Translations under genes and position numbers: made by a program
Shown: positions 1-9,516 of the stretch, one piece after another
How the letters are laid out: every line of letters begins with the position of its first letter
Position numbering within the stretch: position 1 is the stretch's first letter
Notes under the pieces: model-generated
Database searches by the model: none
The model's input: the letters and a program-made list of their open reading frames with translations, nothing else
What the model was told of the DNA's origin: nothing
Origin: a virus
Strand: one strand, 5' to 3'
Length of the DNA stretch: 64,000 nucleotides
IMG/VR virus record: IMGVR_UViG_3300021088_000005
Location: 36,811-100,810 of that record

Positions 1-3000
1 ATTGTTAGCTCCATTTTGTGCTCTCCGTTGAATTTCGTTATGCATTGCTCGAAGTCTATCTTCGCTATAGTGGAACTGACGAGATAGACCCGGCTCTCTA
101 AACCCTGCATTCTCCTTAATGATATCAGAAACTTCCGGTTTTGTCAAGTGAGATTTTGCAGAGTCTACTGCCTGATGTAGTTTTTCTTGAATCTCACCCT
201 CAGTATACCCCGCACGCAACATCATCCTACGCGCCATACCAGCGTCTGATCCTGGGCGCGTCGAGTCGAAATTGACATTATTGTCTCTTGGCTGCTCGTT
301 AAAAACCTCATCCGCAGCTATTCCACCCATCAAACTACGTACAAGACTAGGAACACTCTCTGGCTTTATAGCGCCACTAGGGTCGGATATATTATCGTAC
401 TCGAATCTTACAGCGCCCCTCTTCGCTCCTATGGCCTGCAAATCTGGATGAAGATGGCTAAGCATGCCGCGAACATCTAACCCGCTAGCAAGCCCCACAA
501 GAGCATGGCCTAGCTCATGTCGCTCTACATTTATATCCGGTTTTGTGAATTCCTGGTTAACTCCGGGGTTCCCAAAACGGTGCGACTTGCCAGTTGGAAC
601 CTTATACTCCCCCGCAGGAATCGGCTCGGGTCCGGTCGTGGTGCCCCAAGTAGACTCGCCTGGGAACTTCTTCTGCGCAACTCTGATAGCATCCTTACTA
701 CTGAACGCAGGAACTTTCTCAATGCGGGAGTTTCCCTGGGAGTCTATGACTTCAATAGGCCAGTTTTGTTTTCTGGCTGATTGAAGCTCATGCATCAGGT
801 CTTCGGATTCTTCCGCGCCTAGCTTTGGGTTTTCCGGCTTTAAATTTTCAATTGGCACGTATGCCTTTATAGTTTTATCCCCTCGCATATCTGCCGCAGC
901 TATTCTATGATTGCCATCTACAACTTCACCGTCTCGGTCAAGAACAATAGCTGGAAGAGGAGATTTCAACTTCGCGTATTTTTCAGCTAACGCTGGATTG
1001 TAATTATCTCCAGCATATACATATCCTTTTCTAGGAACAAAATTATCCAAATCTTCTTGGGTGTCGGGAACACGCTGTATAGGAACATCTTTTAAAGCGT
1101 ATTTTCCTGCACCGTATTGTTTAGTGAGATATCTCGCGTCCTCTTCAGATATCTTAGATGTCTTCATCAAGTGGTTAACTACATCGCTGCCGTCTACTAT
1201 TTTTGTCCCTAGCTTTGGGTTTGCTGGTCTGGGCTGGGGCTCTGTTGCGGCTGATTCATTTCTTCGTACGCCTTCGCCTTTTCCTTTAGCAGGTCCCTTC
1301 CCCTTCGGTCGAAGCTTTGCTGGATTCCCTTCCTCAGTTGCTGTTTCTGATCCGGCTCCATTCCCTGTAGCTGGTCCCTTAGCTCCTGGGCCATTTGCTG
1401 GAGGCTTCCCTGTTGGCTGTTCATTTGATGCTCCCTTAGTGTCCTGTATAATTTGTTGTAGCCTGCCAGGAGACACATGATGCTGATTGTCTAGTCCTGC
1501 TTCTCTAAACGACGCGTGATCTTCGATTACTTTCTGAACTCCGGGCTTAGACAGCACTGTCGCAGCATCTTCCTGTGCCTGACGTATCATCTTGTTAGCT
1601 TCTACTTCTGTGAACCCGGCGTCCTTAAATATGCCTTTCAACGCTTTCATATCCGCGCCTAGGTGATGGTTCTCTCCTGCTGGAATATCGTGGTAAAGGT
1701 CATTGGCGACCCCACCAGCCACGTATGTAGCCGCGATGTCCGCCATGCGTGATTTAATCTTGTTCCAGTCAATCTGTTTATCTTCACCTACGAAGTCGGT
1801 CCAGTCAATCGGAGTGCTCATTAAGCTACCCAAAGATACGTTCTCCGGGTGAATGTGACTTCTGATTCCGTCAGACACCTTAAGCCCGCGTGCATCTGCG
1901 ACAACCGCATGAGCTATGTCATGAACTATTCCCATTTGGGTGTCCATTCCCTTAGCTAACCCGGAACGCGGAGCCTGTAGTAGTGGCTCGACCTTCTCCG
2001 GAAGAGTAGCGGTTGGCAACTGCTTACCGGACTCTATGTTCTGCTGCATTTGCTTCTGCGCAGCTATTGTGTCTGCGGCATTCGCCTTGTTAATCTCGGT
2101 AACTATCTTCTTCTCATCCGGCTCTAGCGGCAATCCATGGCTCTGTTTATCTGCGACATCGTCCAGGAATCTCTTCTCTAGATCGACATAGCTAGACTTC
2201 CCTAAAATCTCACCGTAGTGGCTAGCGATAGCAACATGCAGTGGGGTGTTCTCGCGTTGCGGAACGAACATCTGCATAACCGGGCTAACGGGTTCCGGTG
2301 GGCCATATTGTCCCGCAGCTTTGCCTTCGTAGCCAAGGTTTGTTAACGCTACTCCCTTGTCCTTGACAGTGTGAATTCGGTCAGCTAGCTGATCTCGGGT
2401 CAGGTCTCCAGGAGCTATTCGCTTACCTAGTCGGTCTCCAAATGCTTTACCCATTCCATACCCGAGTGTTCCGCCGACTTCCGCACCTACTACTCCACCT
2501 ACATTGTATCCAATAGTTCCGCCTATTCCCGCTCCGCCTGCGGCTCCTAGGGTCGAAGCACCCTTCGCCAAGTTCTTAACAAACCATCCGGACTCTCCTG
2601 AACCTCGAACCGGCTGATCGCCCTTGCTGGCTACCTTCTCTAGAGCAGTCTTAACACGTATAATAGACGCTTGGTCTCTGCGCAGTCCTCTTACTCCGCT
2701 AACTCCACGTTCTTGCAGCGCACCGTCTATGCCAGTTCGGAGGCTATCCGCAGCCCAATACCTAGCTGCAAATTCCGGATCGGCGCGTAGTGCGGTAGCG
2801 ACATCCCAGAAATTTCTCTTAAGAGTAGCTCTATTCAGTGCGTTTATGTCTGTGAGTATCTTTTGTGCTTCTTCTACCGTAGGATCGGTTAGGTTGAACT
2901 TTTGTGACAGATGGTTCATTCCGTCTTCTACAAAATCCTGCTGCGGACTGTCAGCTAGTTTATCGCGAACGTCTTGATTAACATTTGTAGTGATCGCGTC

Positions 3001-4173
3001 CTTTCCATACTTGTCTACGTGTCTTCCTACTTCGGTGTCGATATCATCTGATAGCTGCTGAGCAGCGTTCACATGATCTTCTACCGTATGGATAGGATTA
3101 GTTTCATGCAGCTTCTCCGAAGCGCCTAAGAATATCTGTGCATCTTTATCCGAATATGCGCCTTGTGTTGTATTAGTCGGAGGAGCCATCTTCTTAAAGT
3201 TATCAACAGCTTGGCGAACTGCTCTATCCTGCTTCTCACTAGTCTTCGGTATGTTTTGAACCTTACGGTTTAGCCTATCCAGTTCTGCCCCGGCCTCTAT
3301 TCTTGCAGTGTGGGCGTCCTGTAGCGCAGTGCTTGCCTTACGTGAGTTTGCAGCCGCAGCGGACGCTCGGTTGTTCGCGTCGTCTACGTGCTGCTGAGTT
3401 ACATTCGGATCGCCGCTATCGTGGGCCTGGGTTATTCTCTCGGCTTCCTCGCGTGCTTTGACAGCCTGGTCGGTAGCGATCTGCTGTTCTCTCAAACGCT
3501 GATCGAACATAGCGGTCGCAGAATCATGCGTAGCGCTAGCGACCTGATGCGCACGGATATCTGACCGGAAGGTCTTAGCGATTCTCTCATGCTCGCCGCC
3601 GATTAACGTAGCTGCGATAGCAGGTACAGATTCTCCTACTATTCCTGCGATGTCTCCCTTGGCTGCTCTTTCGCGTATTCCTTCTGGGTCGAGACCAGCA
3701 ACTCCGCCGATACCGCTAGCGACTGAAGATATAACAGGCTGGCCTTCATCGCGAGCCCTAGTATATCCTTCGTATACGCCTTTCGCGCCTTCGTACGCGC
3801 TATAAACTCCGCCTGTCACAAGATTAGCAGCGACAGACTTTGCGGTTTCGGTTGCAGAACTAGGCAACATAGCCTTTGTTCCCGCAGCTACTCCGGAACC
3901 AAATCTAGACACCGCTCCCGGTTGCGCCTGCGGTTGATTATCGAACCCGAAATCGTATCCGGCCTGCGGAGTGGGCGCAGAAGCTGGTGCCGCAGCAACT
4001 GACTGAGGCTTCCCGAATCCGAAATCGAATCCGGACGATTGTGGCTGAGCCTGCGGGTCAACTGGCCCTAGTGGTTTGCCCGAAATGTCGTATGCAACAC
4101 CGTTTTCTACCCTGGTCGCGTTAGGATATTGCGCAGGGGTTTGAATCTGCTCTGGTTCTGGAGTATCAACCAT
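1..4173 (-). CDS. Giant polyvalent (probably ejected) virion protein, partial, >1391 aa; two M41/FtsH-like zinc-peptidase domains flanking a ParB-like domain
   Basis: Not in the ORF track because it has no stop inside the window. Manual translation from ATG 4173 (MVDTPEPEQ...) stays open to base 1. Motifs: HDIAH (1909-1923), PAIVLDRDGEVVDGNHRIAAA (~890-960), HELGH (505-519) followed by MGGIAADEVF and SDAG. Confidence 0.85.
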   Translation of the reverse strand, partial: MVDTPEPEQIQTPAQYPNATRVENGVAYDISGKPLGPVDPQAQPQSSGFDFGFGKPQSVAAAPASAPTPQAGYDFGFDNQPQAQPGAVSRFGSGVAAGTKAMLPSSATETAKSVAANLVTGGVYSAYEGAKGVYEGYTRARDEGQPVISSVASGIGGVAGLDPEGIRERAAKGDIAGIVGESVPAIAATLIGGEHERIAKTFRSDIRAHQVASATHDSATAMFDQRLREQQIATDQAVKAREEAERITQAHDSGDPNVTQQHVDDANNRASAAAANSRKASTALQDAHTARIEAGAELDRLNRKVQNIPKTSEKQDRAVRQAVDNFKKMAPPTNTTQGAYSDKDAQIFLGASEKLHETNPIHTVEDHVNAAQQLSDDIDTEVGRHVDKYGKDAITTNVNQDVRDKLADSPQQDFVEDGMNHLSQKFNLTDPTVEEAQKILTDINALNRATLKRNFWDVATALRADPEFAARYWAADSLRTGIDGALQERGVSGVRGLRRDQASIIRVKTALEKVASKGDQPVRGSGESGWFVKNLAKGASTLGAAGGAGIGGTIGYNVGGVVGAEVGGTLGYGMGKAFGDRLGKRIAPGDLTRDQLADRIHTVKDKGVALTNLGYEGKAAGQYGPPEPVSPVMQMFVPQRENTPLHVAIASHYGEILGKSSYVDLEKRFLDDVADKQSHGLPLEPDEKKIVTEINKANAADTIAAQKQMQQNIESGKQLPTATLPEKVEPLLQAPRSGLAKGMDTQMGIVHDIAHAVVADARGLKVSDGIRSHIHPENVSLGSLMSTPIDWTDFVGEDKQIDWNKIKSRMADIAATYVAGGVANDLYHDIPAGENHHLGADMKALKGIFKDAGFTEVEANKMIRQAQEDAATVLSKPGVQKVIEDHASFREAGLDNQHHVSPGRLQQIIQDTKGASNEQPTGKPPANGPGAKGPATGNGAGSETATEEGNPAKLRPKGKGPAKGKGEGVRRNESAATEPQPRPANPKLGTKIVDGSDVVNHLMKTSKISEEDARYLTKQYGAGKYALKDVPIQRVPDTQEDLDNFVPRKGYVYAGDNYNPALAEKYAKLKSPLPAIVLDRDGEVVDGNHRIAAADMRGDKTIKAYVPIENLKPENPKLGAEESEDLMHELQSARKQNWPIEVIDSQGNSRIEKVPAFSSKDAIRVAQKKFPGESTWGTTTGPEPIPAGEYKVPTGKSHRFGNPGVNQEFTKPDINVERHELGHALVGLASGLDVRGMLSHLHPDLQAIGAKRGAVRFEYDNISDPSGAIKPESVPSLVRSLMGGIAADEVFNEQPRDNNVNFDSTRPGSDAGMARRMMLRAGYTEGEIQEKLHQAVDSAKSHLTKPEVSDIIKENAGFREPGLSRQFHYSEDRLRAMHNEIQRRAQNGANN
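1209..1424 (-). CDS. Candidate nested 71-aa helical protein inside the giant ORF, in a different frame
   Basis: SD GGGAG 7 nt before ATG 1424; MNSQQGSLQQMAQELRDQLQG... is protein-like, while the main frame here is a low-complexity P/G/K linker. Confidence 0.5.
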   Translation of the reverse strand: MNSQQGSLQQMAQELRDQLQGMEPDQKQQLRKGIQQSFDRRGRDLLKEKAKAYEEMNQPQQSPSPDQQTQS

Positions 4174-4182
4174 CTTATATCC

Positions 4183-6375
4183 TTACAGCGGCTGTCCCGT
4201 CTGTTGACTATACTTCTTTCCTGTTGCGTCCTGAATCGAACCGTCAGACATCTTCCATACCGGAGTTCCGTTTGCAGCCTTTCCTGGGTTCGGGTTGACT
4301 GCGCCCTTAGGTGCTGCCGGAGTCTGATCTACTGGCTGACCTGCCATCTTAGCGAGAATATTACGCTGAGCATTCATAGTTGCCAGGTCCCCAGGCATGC
4401 GAGCCGCGTATTCCTTGCTTGGAGCACTCTCGTCCCATGTGTCCTTTAGGGTTCCAAACTTGTCCATCATAGACTGTGCCTGGGTTGTGATTGCTGCTTC
4501 GCGGCCTCCAGGAAGATTAGCTGCCAACGTAGATTTGATGTTGGCAATAGCCGGAACTGTACTATCTCCGTAGAATGCCGCCAATTCTGTTGACAAAGTG
4601 TCAATCTTGTTCATGTAGGCATTGTACGCAGGGGTTCCCGGAACGTGACTTGTGTTGGTGTTGAGTGCCATTGCTTCCTGCAAATGCTTCAACGCAGTGA
4701 CTCCGCTCTTAAGCTGATCTCCGGTCTTCCCAGAAGTGTACTTTGTGTAATTTTCCATATAACTCTTGATCTTGTCTGGTTCGAAATCCGGATATGCTCT
4801 TGTAACCGCGTTGATTACTTCTGGCTTACGCGATAGCAAGTAGCTCAAGTTATTAATAGGAGCCTTTCCTTGCCCGATCAAGTCCACTGTTGAGCGAGCC
4901 GCAGATGGCAAGCTAGCTCTAAATGCCTCTGGGGTTGTTGCGTTCTCGTCGCCCGCGAAGTCGCCGTTCTTAAGCTTGTCTGCCGCAGCCTTAGCATTTA
5001 TCTCCAAGACTTTGTTCTCTTCCTCTTGCTTATTGTGCCTCTCAACTTCGGTCTGCTTGCGATCTTCCTCTACCTTCTTCTCGTAGTTTTCCTTTGCAGC
5101 CGGGGTCAGTGCAGACATAGCTAAGTCAATCTTACGTGATGCGTCTTCCATCTGCTGTTTCTTCTGCTGCAATGCCTGGGTCACCGGATTCGGTTGTCCA
5201 GGTTGACTCGGGTTCTTCTTTTCTACAGCATCGATCATCTGATCTACCGCTGCTAGATGAGCGTCAGCGTTCTTACGTGCTTCGGTCAACCCGCCGACTG
5301 GATCGATGGCGATGTAGTGCTGAATCTGAGGATCGGTCAAAGCATCGTTAACTCTGCGAGACTGTTCCGCAGACATGTCTTCTTGGTTTGCTTTCTCCAT
5401 CCTAGTCTGAGCCGCCCGTACACCGTCGGCTTGTGATGATAGCGCGTCTAGCTCTGAGAAACTCAATGATGTGTTTGCTGGTATCTTCTTGCCTGTCCAT
5501 CTTGATAGATACTCGGCCTCGGCACTTGATATTGGCTGTCTCTTCTCGGTCATGTCAGTCTTAGAAATAGAATATGTCGGAGACATTACCGGATTTCCGT
5601 TCTTATCCACTGCTGGCTTGCCATCTTTGTAAACAGGCTGTTCTCCGGTAGGACGACCTGTGTGGGTCTTCCAGAAGTTTGGGTCTTTAGACAGCATGTC
5701 GTTTAACTGATCTTGGGTGACATCATCCTGATTGTTAGAAGTGTCGTACCTAGATCGCAGGTTCTTCATGAACGATGTGCCCTGGTCGTACTCGGTCTTT
5801 CTATCCTGCATGTCCTGACGGTACATGTTGCGGGTGTTCATTGCGATACGCTGAGTGGTTTCAGCACGTAGCAATTCCTGATTCTTCTCTTTCGAGATAG
5901 CTTCCTTCTCTTGAGCCTGACGCTGACCGCGTGCTTGTAGTGTTCTGGCAACTCCGGTCAGTGCTCCGCCGCCGTTCGGGGCGGGTTCTCCCGCAGCCGC
6001 AGCATCACTGATGCTGCCCATCATACCAGTCACTCCGGCTAGAACAGCCTTAGCCCATCCACCGGGCGCAGCAACCGCAGCCGGATTAGACTTAGCCGCA
6101 GCATCCATTCCCTGCGCCATCCTTGTAACAGCCGGAGACTTTACAGGTCGTAGGATGTTCTGTAGAGCCTGAACCCCAGGCAGGTCGCCTAAAGTAGCGC
6201 GGGTCTGGTCTTCGTCCTGGTTATCTTGGTCAGGTTGTTCCGCGTTCTGTGGTGCAGCTTGTAGCGCGGCGACCCCAGGGGCCATGGTCTGTCCGACCAT
6301 GCCTGCGGGAGTAGTATTTCCTAGAACGTCCGTGCTAGGAGAGCTAGGAAGTTGTCCTGGTACTATCTCTGTCAT
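4183..6375 (-). CDS. Internal virion/DNA ejection protein (730 aa)
   Basis: Helical, Q/A-rich, coiled-coil; lies between the small ejection protein and the giant protein, as in podoviruses. Confidence 0.6.
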   Translation of the reverse strand: MTEIVPGQLPSSPSTDVLGNTTPAGMVGQTMAPGVAALQAAPQNAEQPDQDNQDEDQTRATLGDLPGVQALQNILRPVKSPAVTRMAQGMDAAAKSNPAAVAAPGGWAKAVLAGVTGMMGSISDAAAAGEPAPNGGGALTGVARTLQARGQRQAQEKEAISKEKNQELLRAETTQRIAMNTRNMYRQDMQDRKTEYDQGTSFMKNLRSRYDTSNNQDDVTQDQLNDMLSKDPNFWKTHTGRPTGEQPVYKDGKPAVDKNGNPVMSPTYSISKTDMTEKRQPISSAEAEYLSRWTGKKIPANTSLSFSELDALSSQADGVRAAQTRMEKANQEDMSAEQSRRVNDALTDPQIQHYIAIDPVGGLTEARKNADAHLAAVDQMIDAVEKKNPSQPGQPNPVTQALQQKKQQMEDASRKIDLAMSALTPAAKENYEKKVEEDRKQTEVERHNKQEEENKVLEINAKAAADKLKNGDFAGDENATTPEAFRASLPSAARSTVDLIGQGKAPINNLSYLLSRKPEVINAVTRAYPDFEPDKIKSYMENYTKYTSGKTGDQLKSGVTALKHLQEAMALNTNTSHVPGTPAYNAYMNKIDTLSTELAAFYGDSTVPAIANIKSTLAANLPGGREAAITTQAQSMMDKFGTLKDTWDESAPSKEYAARMPGDLATMNAQRNILAKMAGQPVDQTPAAPKGAVNPNPGKAANGTPVWKMSDGSIQDATGKKYSQQTGQPL

Positions 6376-6384
6376 GTTATCCTC

Positions 6385-7083
6385 TTATCCCTTAAGTCCG
6401 CCAGCGAACCCGCTAAAGAAGTTACCTACCTGTTCGCCACCTGTCGAGGTTCCCGCTGTGTCTAGGTTACCTAAACCGCCACTAATACCGCCCATCAAGC
6501 CGCCAGCTAATGAAGTAATACCACCTGCGATAGCCATCTGCTCTTGATTCTTCTGTTCTTGGACTGTCTTAGCTTCACCGAACGCGCTTTGGTTTGACGC
6601 ACTAGTCTCGCCAGCTAGTTGACCCGGAGCGTAATCTGCTTGTAGAGCCTGCAACCCACCTGCGGCGGTCTGCCAGTTCTGTCTTCCCTGATTATAGTTC
6701 GCATTCGTGATGGCAAGGCTTTCTTGAGACGATTGGTTTGCCGCTGCGTTAGCTGCGGTTTGCCTTAAAGTGTCTTCTCCGCCAGTCGGAAGATACTCGT
6801 TTCCGCCGCCGCGTGCAGCCAAGGTATTGTTCAAACTTGTCTGAGCTTTCGCGTAGTTAGCAGCGACCCCTTCTCCCGCTTCGGTGTTCAGCGCAGCTAG
6901 TTGCTGTGGTTCGAACCCCTGCTGATCCGGACCTGCCTGGAATATAGGAGTGTAAACATTGTTCATGTTTTGCAACACCCCGGCCTGGTCAGCGAAGTTT
7001 GTTGCATACTGACCTTGCAGCAACCGACTGAACGCCGATTCCTGGGAAGCTAACTGTTTTTCTGAATCACTTGGTCCGCAAAT
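6385..7083 (-). CDS. Small ejection protein (T7 gp14/P22 gp7-like position), probable ATT start
   Basis: A/Q/G-rich with Gly-rich hydrophobic C-terminus; frame extends upstream of the track start to ATT-TGC-GGA-CCA (MCGPSDSEKQ) after SD-like GAGGGT. Confidence 0.6.
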   Translation of the reverse strand: MCGPSDSEKQLASQESAFSRLLQGQYATNFADQAGVLQNMNNVYTPIFQAGPDQQGFEPQQLAALNTEAGEGVAANYAKAQTSLNNTLAARGGGNEYLPTGGEDTLRQTAANAAANQSSQESLAITNANYNQGRQNWQTAAGGLQALQADYAPGQLAGETSASNQSAFGEAKTVQEQKNQEQMAIAGGITSLAGGLMGGISGGLGNLDTAGTSTGGEQVGNFFSGFAGGLKG

Positions 7084-7505
7084 ATGGCTACCCTCACCTG
7101 GTAATCGCTACCGCCTGCTGGTTCGAATCCGAATTTTCGTTTCATAAAATCAATAAGCAATTTACTAGTCGATTGGAATACGACCAGATTGGCTTGCTGC
7201 TGTTTACTGTAGTCAAGAACAATCGGAACACACTTAATCATTGCCTTAACCAATCGAAGCTTCTGCACATCTCCGCGAGGCGCGAACTGGGTGTGCAATC
7301 TGATCGCTCCGAATAAGTCTTTCGGGTCGAGTCTGACATAACAGATCGATCCGGTGTCATCGTCCAGTCTGAATGACAACAGACTTCCTGGAACGCCTGT
7401 CAGCCACCAGATCGGATCGAGGCAATCCTTATGGTAAGGATCGTTCTGAATCCATCTGGTAAGCTGATCGATGTCTTCCTGTGTTGATGGGATTAGTTTA
7501 ATCAT
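7050..7505 (-). CDS. GNAT-fold-like protein (T7 gp13-like position)
   Basis: 151 aa; MIKLIPSTQEDIDQL N-terminus and LIDFMKRKFGF C-terminal motif resemble acetyltransferases; directly precedes an MC-starting ejection protein. Confidence 0.5.
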   Translation of the reverse strand: MIKLIPSTQEDIDQLTRWIQNDPYHKDCLDPIWWLTGVPGSLLSFRLDDDTGSICYVRLDPKDLFGAIRLHTQFAPRGDVQKLRLVKAMIKCVPIVLDYSKQQQANLVVFQSTSKLLIDFMKRKFGFEPAGGSDYQVRVAIFADQVIQKNS

Positions 7506-9247
7506 TAGGTTATCGTTGTGTCTACAATTGTGTACTGGATAGACAAAGTTACAGTGCCGTCTCCGACGGTAGGATCGGCCACGTCCGTAAATGCGAACAA
7601 CGCTGTGTTAACCTGATCGGCTGTTGGTATATTGCGGTCAAAAGACCCACCGTTGTTGTAGGCATCCGTAGCTTGATCTATAAATCCAGCGTTAGACGCT
7701 AAAAACCACACGGATGAGGCTTGATTATTGTTAAAGCACAATCCGATTTGAGACGAACCGTTCAGTGTAAACGCCGTCGTGTTGTGACGGTAGTGTGCTA
7801 ACGTAGACACAATTAGATAGGTCTTGTTAGCTCCCGGTGCCGGAAGTACTTGTGTCGGCACTGAATGCAGGGTCTTTATCTGTGCTGCTGTCAGTGTAAA
7901 TGTCTTCGACTGGATGTACGCAGCGCTCCCGCTTGTAGAATTCTGGAACTGCAACGCACCCGATACAGATACTCCGCCCCAAGTGAACGCACCGGAGTTG
8001 CTGATATTAGTTGTCGTAGTAGCGTTGGTTCCCGCGCCGACCGTATCGTTTATAGATGTAGACGACAAAATGCCCGCAGAACCGTTCCACCATGAGCTAT
8101 CTACGATGAAACTTGTCGAATTGACATTTCCAATTGCAGTCGCTAACGCGGAAGTCAAAGTAACATTTCCACCGACAAACTGAGACTGAGTTGACAACTG
8201 ACCTGTAGACACTGAAACAGGCATACTTATTAATGAGTTAGCAAGACTCTGCTTATTTTTAATGGTCAGAGTCTGACCACCGATTCCTGCATTCCCCACG
8301 CCGACAGAAACCTGCATCGTGAACGAATCATCTTCGGTTGCCGATCCGGTCCATACCTGTCCGCCGATCTCGAATATCGGAGAGTTCTGGTTAGCAAGGC
8401 TTGTGGCTGCTGTGCGATTAAATATCTGCGTAGTTGTTGTGGCGGTTCCGCCAAAGAAGTTATTCGCGCTAGCGGAATAGAATCCGAAACCACTTCCTGT
8501 CTGAGGGTCCGCATGGAACGCCGCGCTTAAAGTATCGCCCGCCAATCCCTGGTCGTCAGAATGAAAACCGAAGTTATTGTGCATTGTTCCGGAGTTAGAA
8601 GCAGACACTGCCCAAAATGCCATATTGGTAGTAGTCGTACCTCCTTGGCAATTAGTTTCTCCAAGAACGCTGAACATCTTAGTAACTGTACCAGGGCCAT
8701 TATTTGCGGCGAAAGTTACAATTGCGCCGTTAAAAGATTGAACTGCTCCTATGCTAGGAGCGCTAAAAGTATCCGCTTCTACCGCGAACATACTAGAATC
8801 AGCAGTTCCTTCTGCTAATGTAGTAGAATAAACTCCTGACGAAGTAGTGTTATTTGTAGACTGCCCAACGGCCATTACAGCATACTGATTTCCAACCGAC
8901 CCGCTTATCAGCGCAGAAAATCTTGATGTTGTAGGCTGCGGTGTTATAGAAGAAAACAAAGGGTCGAGTCCACTGATAGACCCGACTTCTAGTTCTTGCG
9001 CAACCGTATTCCATGTGAAGTTAGGGTCGCCTATCAAGGTGTCCGTTCCGGAACCGAAACCTACTTGTCCCGCAGGTAAAGTAGCACCAGTACCAAATAG
9101 CAGACTACCCTGAAGATGTCCATCAGAATCGATCCACCCGAACACCTGTCCGCCCTGGCTATTTGCAAGCTGAAGGAAATCGAACGTGGCGCGGCGCGGA
9201 TTTACGAACTGACCTATAACTGTCTGTGTTGTTGGAGTAAGTCCCAT
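7505..9247 (-). CDS. Tail fibre/spike-like structural protein (580 aa)
   Basis: T/S/G-rich beta-rich sequence, GDPNFTWNT fibre-like motif, tail module location. Confidence 0.55.
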   Translation of the reverse strand: MGLTPTTQTVIGQFVNPRRATFDFLQLANSQGGQVFGWIDSDGHLQGSLLFGTGATLPAGQVGFGSGTDTLIGDPNFTWNTVAQELEVGSISGLDPLFSSITPQPTTSRFSALISGSVGNQYAVMAVGQSTNNTTSSGVYSTTLAEGTADSSMFAVEADTFSAPSIGAVQSFNGAIVTFAANNGPGTVTKMFSVLGETNCQGGTTTTNMAFWAVSASNSGTMHNNFGFHSDDQGLAGDTLSAAFHADPQTGSGFGFYSASANNFFGGTATTTTQIFNRTAATSLANQNSPIFEIGGQVWTGSATEDDSFTMQVSVGVGNAGIGGQTLTIKNKQSLANSLISMPVSVSTGQLSTQSQFVGGNVTLTSALATAIGNVNSTSFIVDSSWWNGSAGILSSTSINDTVGAGTNATTTTNISNSGAFTWGGVSVSGALQFQNSTSGSAAYIQSKTFTLTAAQIKTLHSVPTQVLPAPGANKTYLIVSTLAHYRHNTTAFTLNGSSQIGLCFNNNQASSVWFLASNAGFIDQATDAYNNGGSFDRNIPTADQVNTALFAFTDVADPTVGDGTVTLSIQYTIVDTTIT

Positions 9248-9255
9248 GTGTCCTC

Positions 9256-9507
9256 TTATGTCTTGCTAATACCTGTGAATCCTGGTCGTGTCCAGTCTTC
9301 TGGGTGCGCCGGAGCAGGCTCTGCCTTCCAGCCCGGTCCCGCCTTCGGGCTCGGAGAAATCTTGTCGTCCGCGTCTCCCGGCTTCGGAAGCGACTGATCG
9401 GTGTATGTTTTCGGCTTGGTCTGGTCTATGACACCTTCGATCTCCATAGACGATTCGCCCTTACGGGCGTTGCGAGCCGATTTATATGATGGTTTGTTGT
9501 CTGCCAT
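9256..9507 (-). CDS. Hypothetical protein (83 aa)
   Basis: ORF tightly packed in the operon. Confidence 0.5.
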   Translation of the reverse strand: MADNKPSYKSARNARKGESSMEIEGVIDQTKPKTYTDQSLPKPGDADDKISPSPKAGPGWKAEPAPAHPEDWTRPGFTGISKT

Positions 9508-9516
9508 AATATCTCT

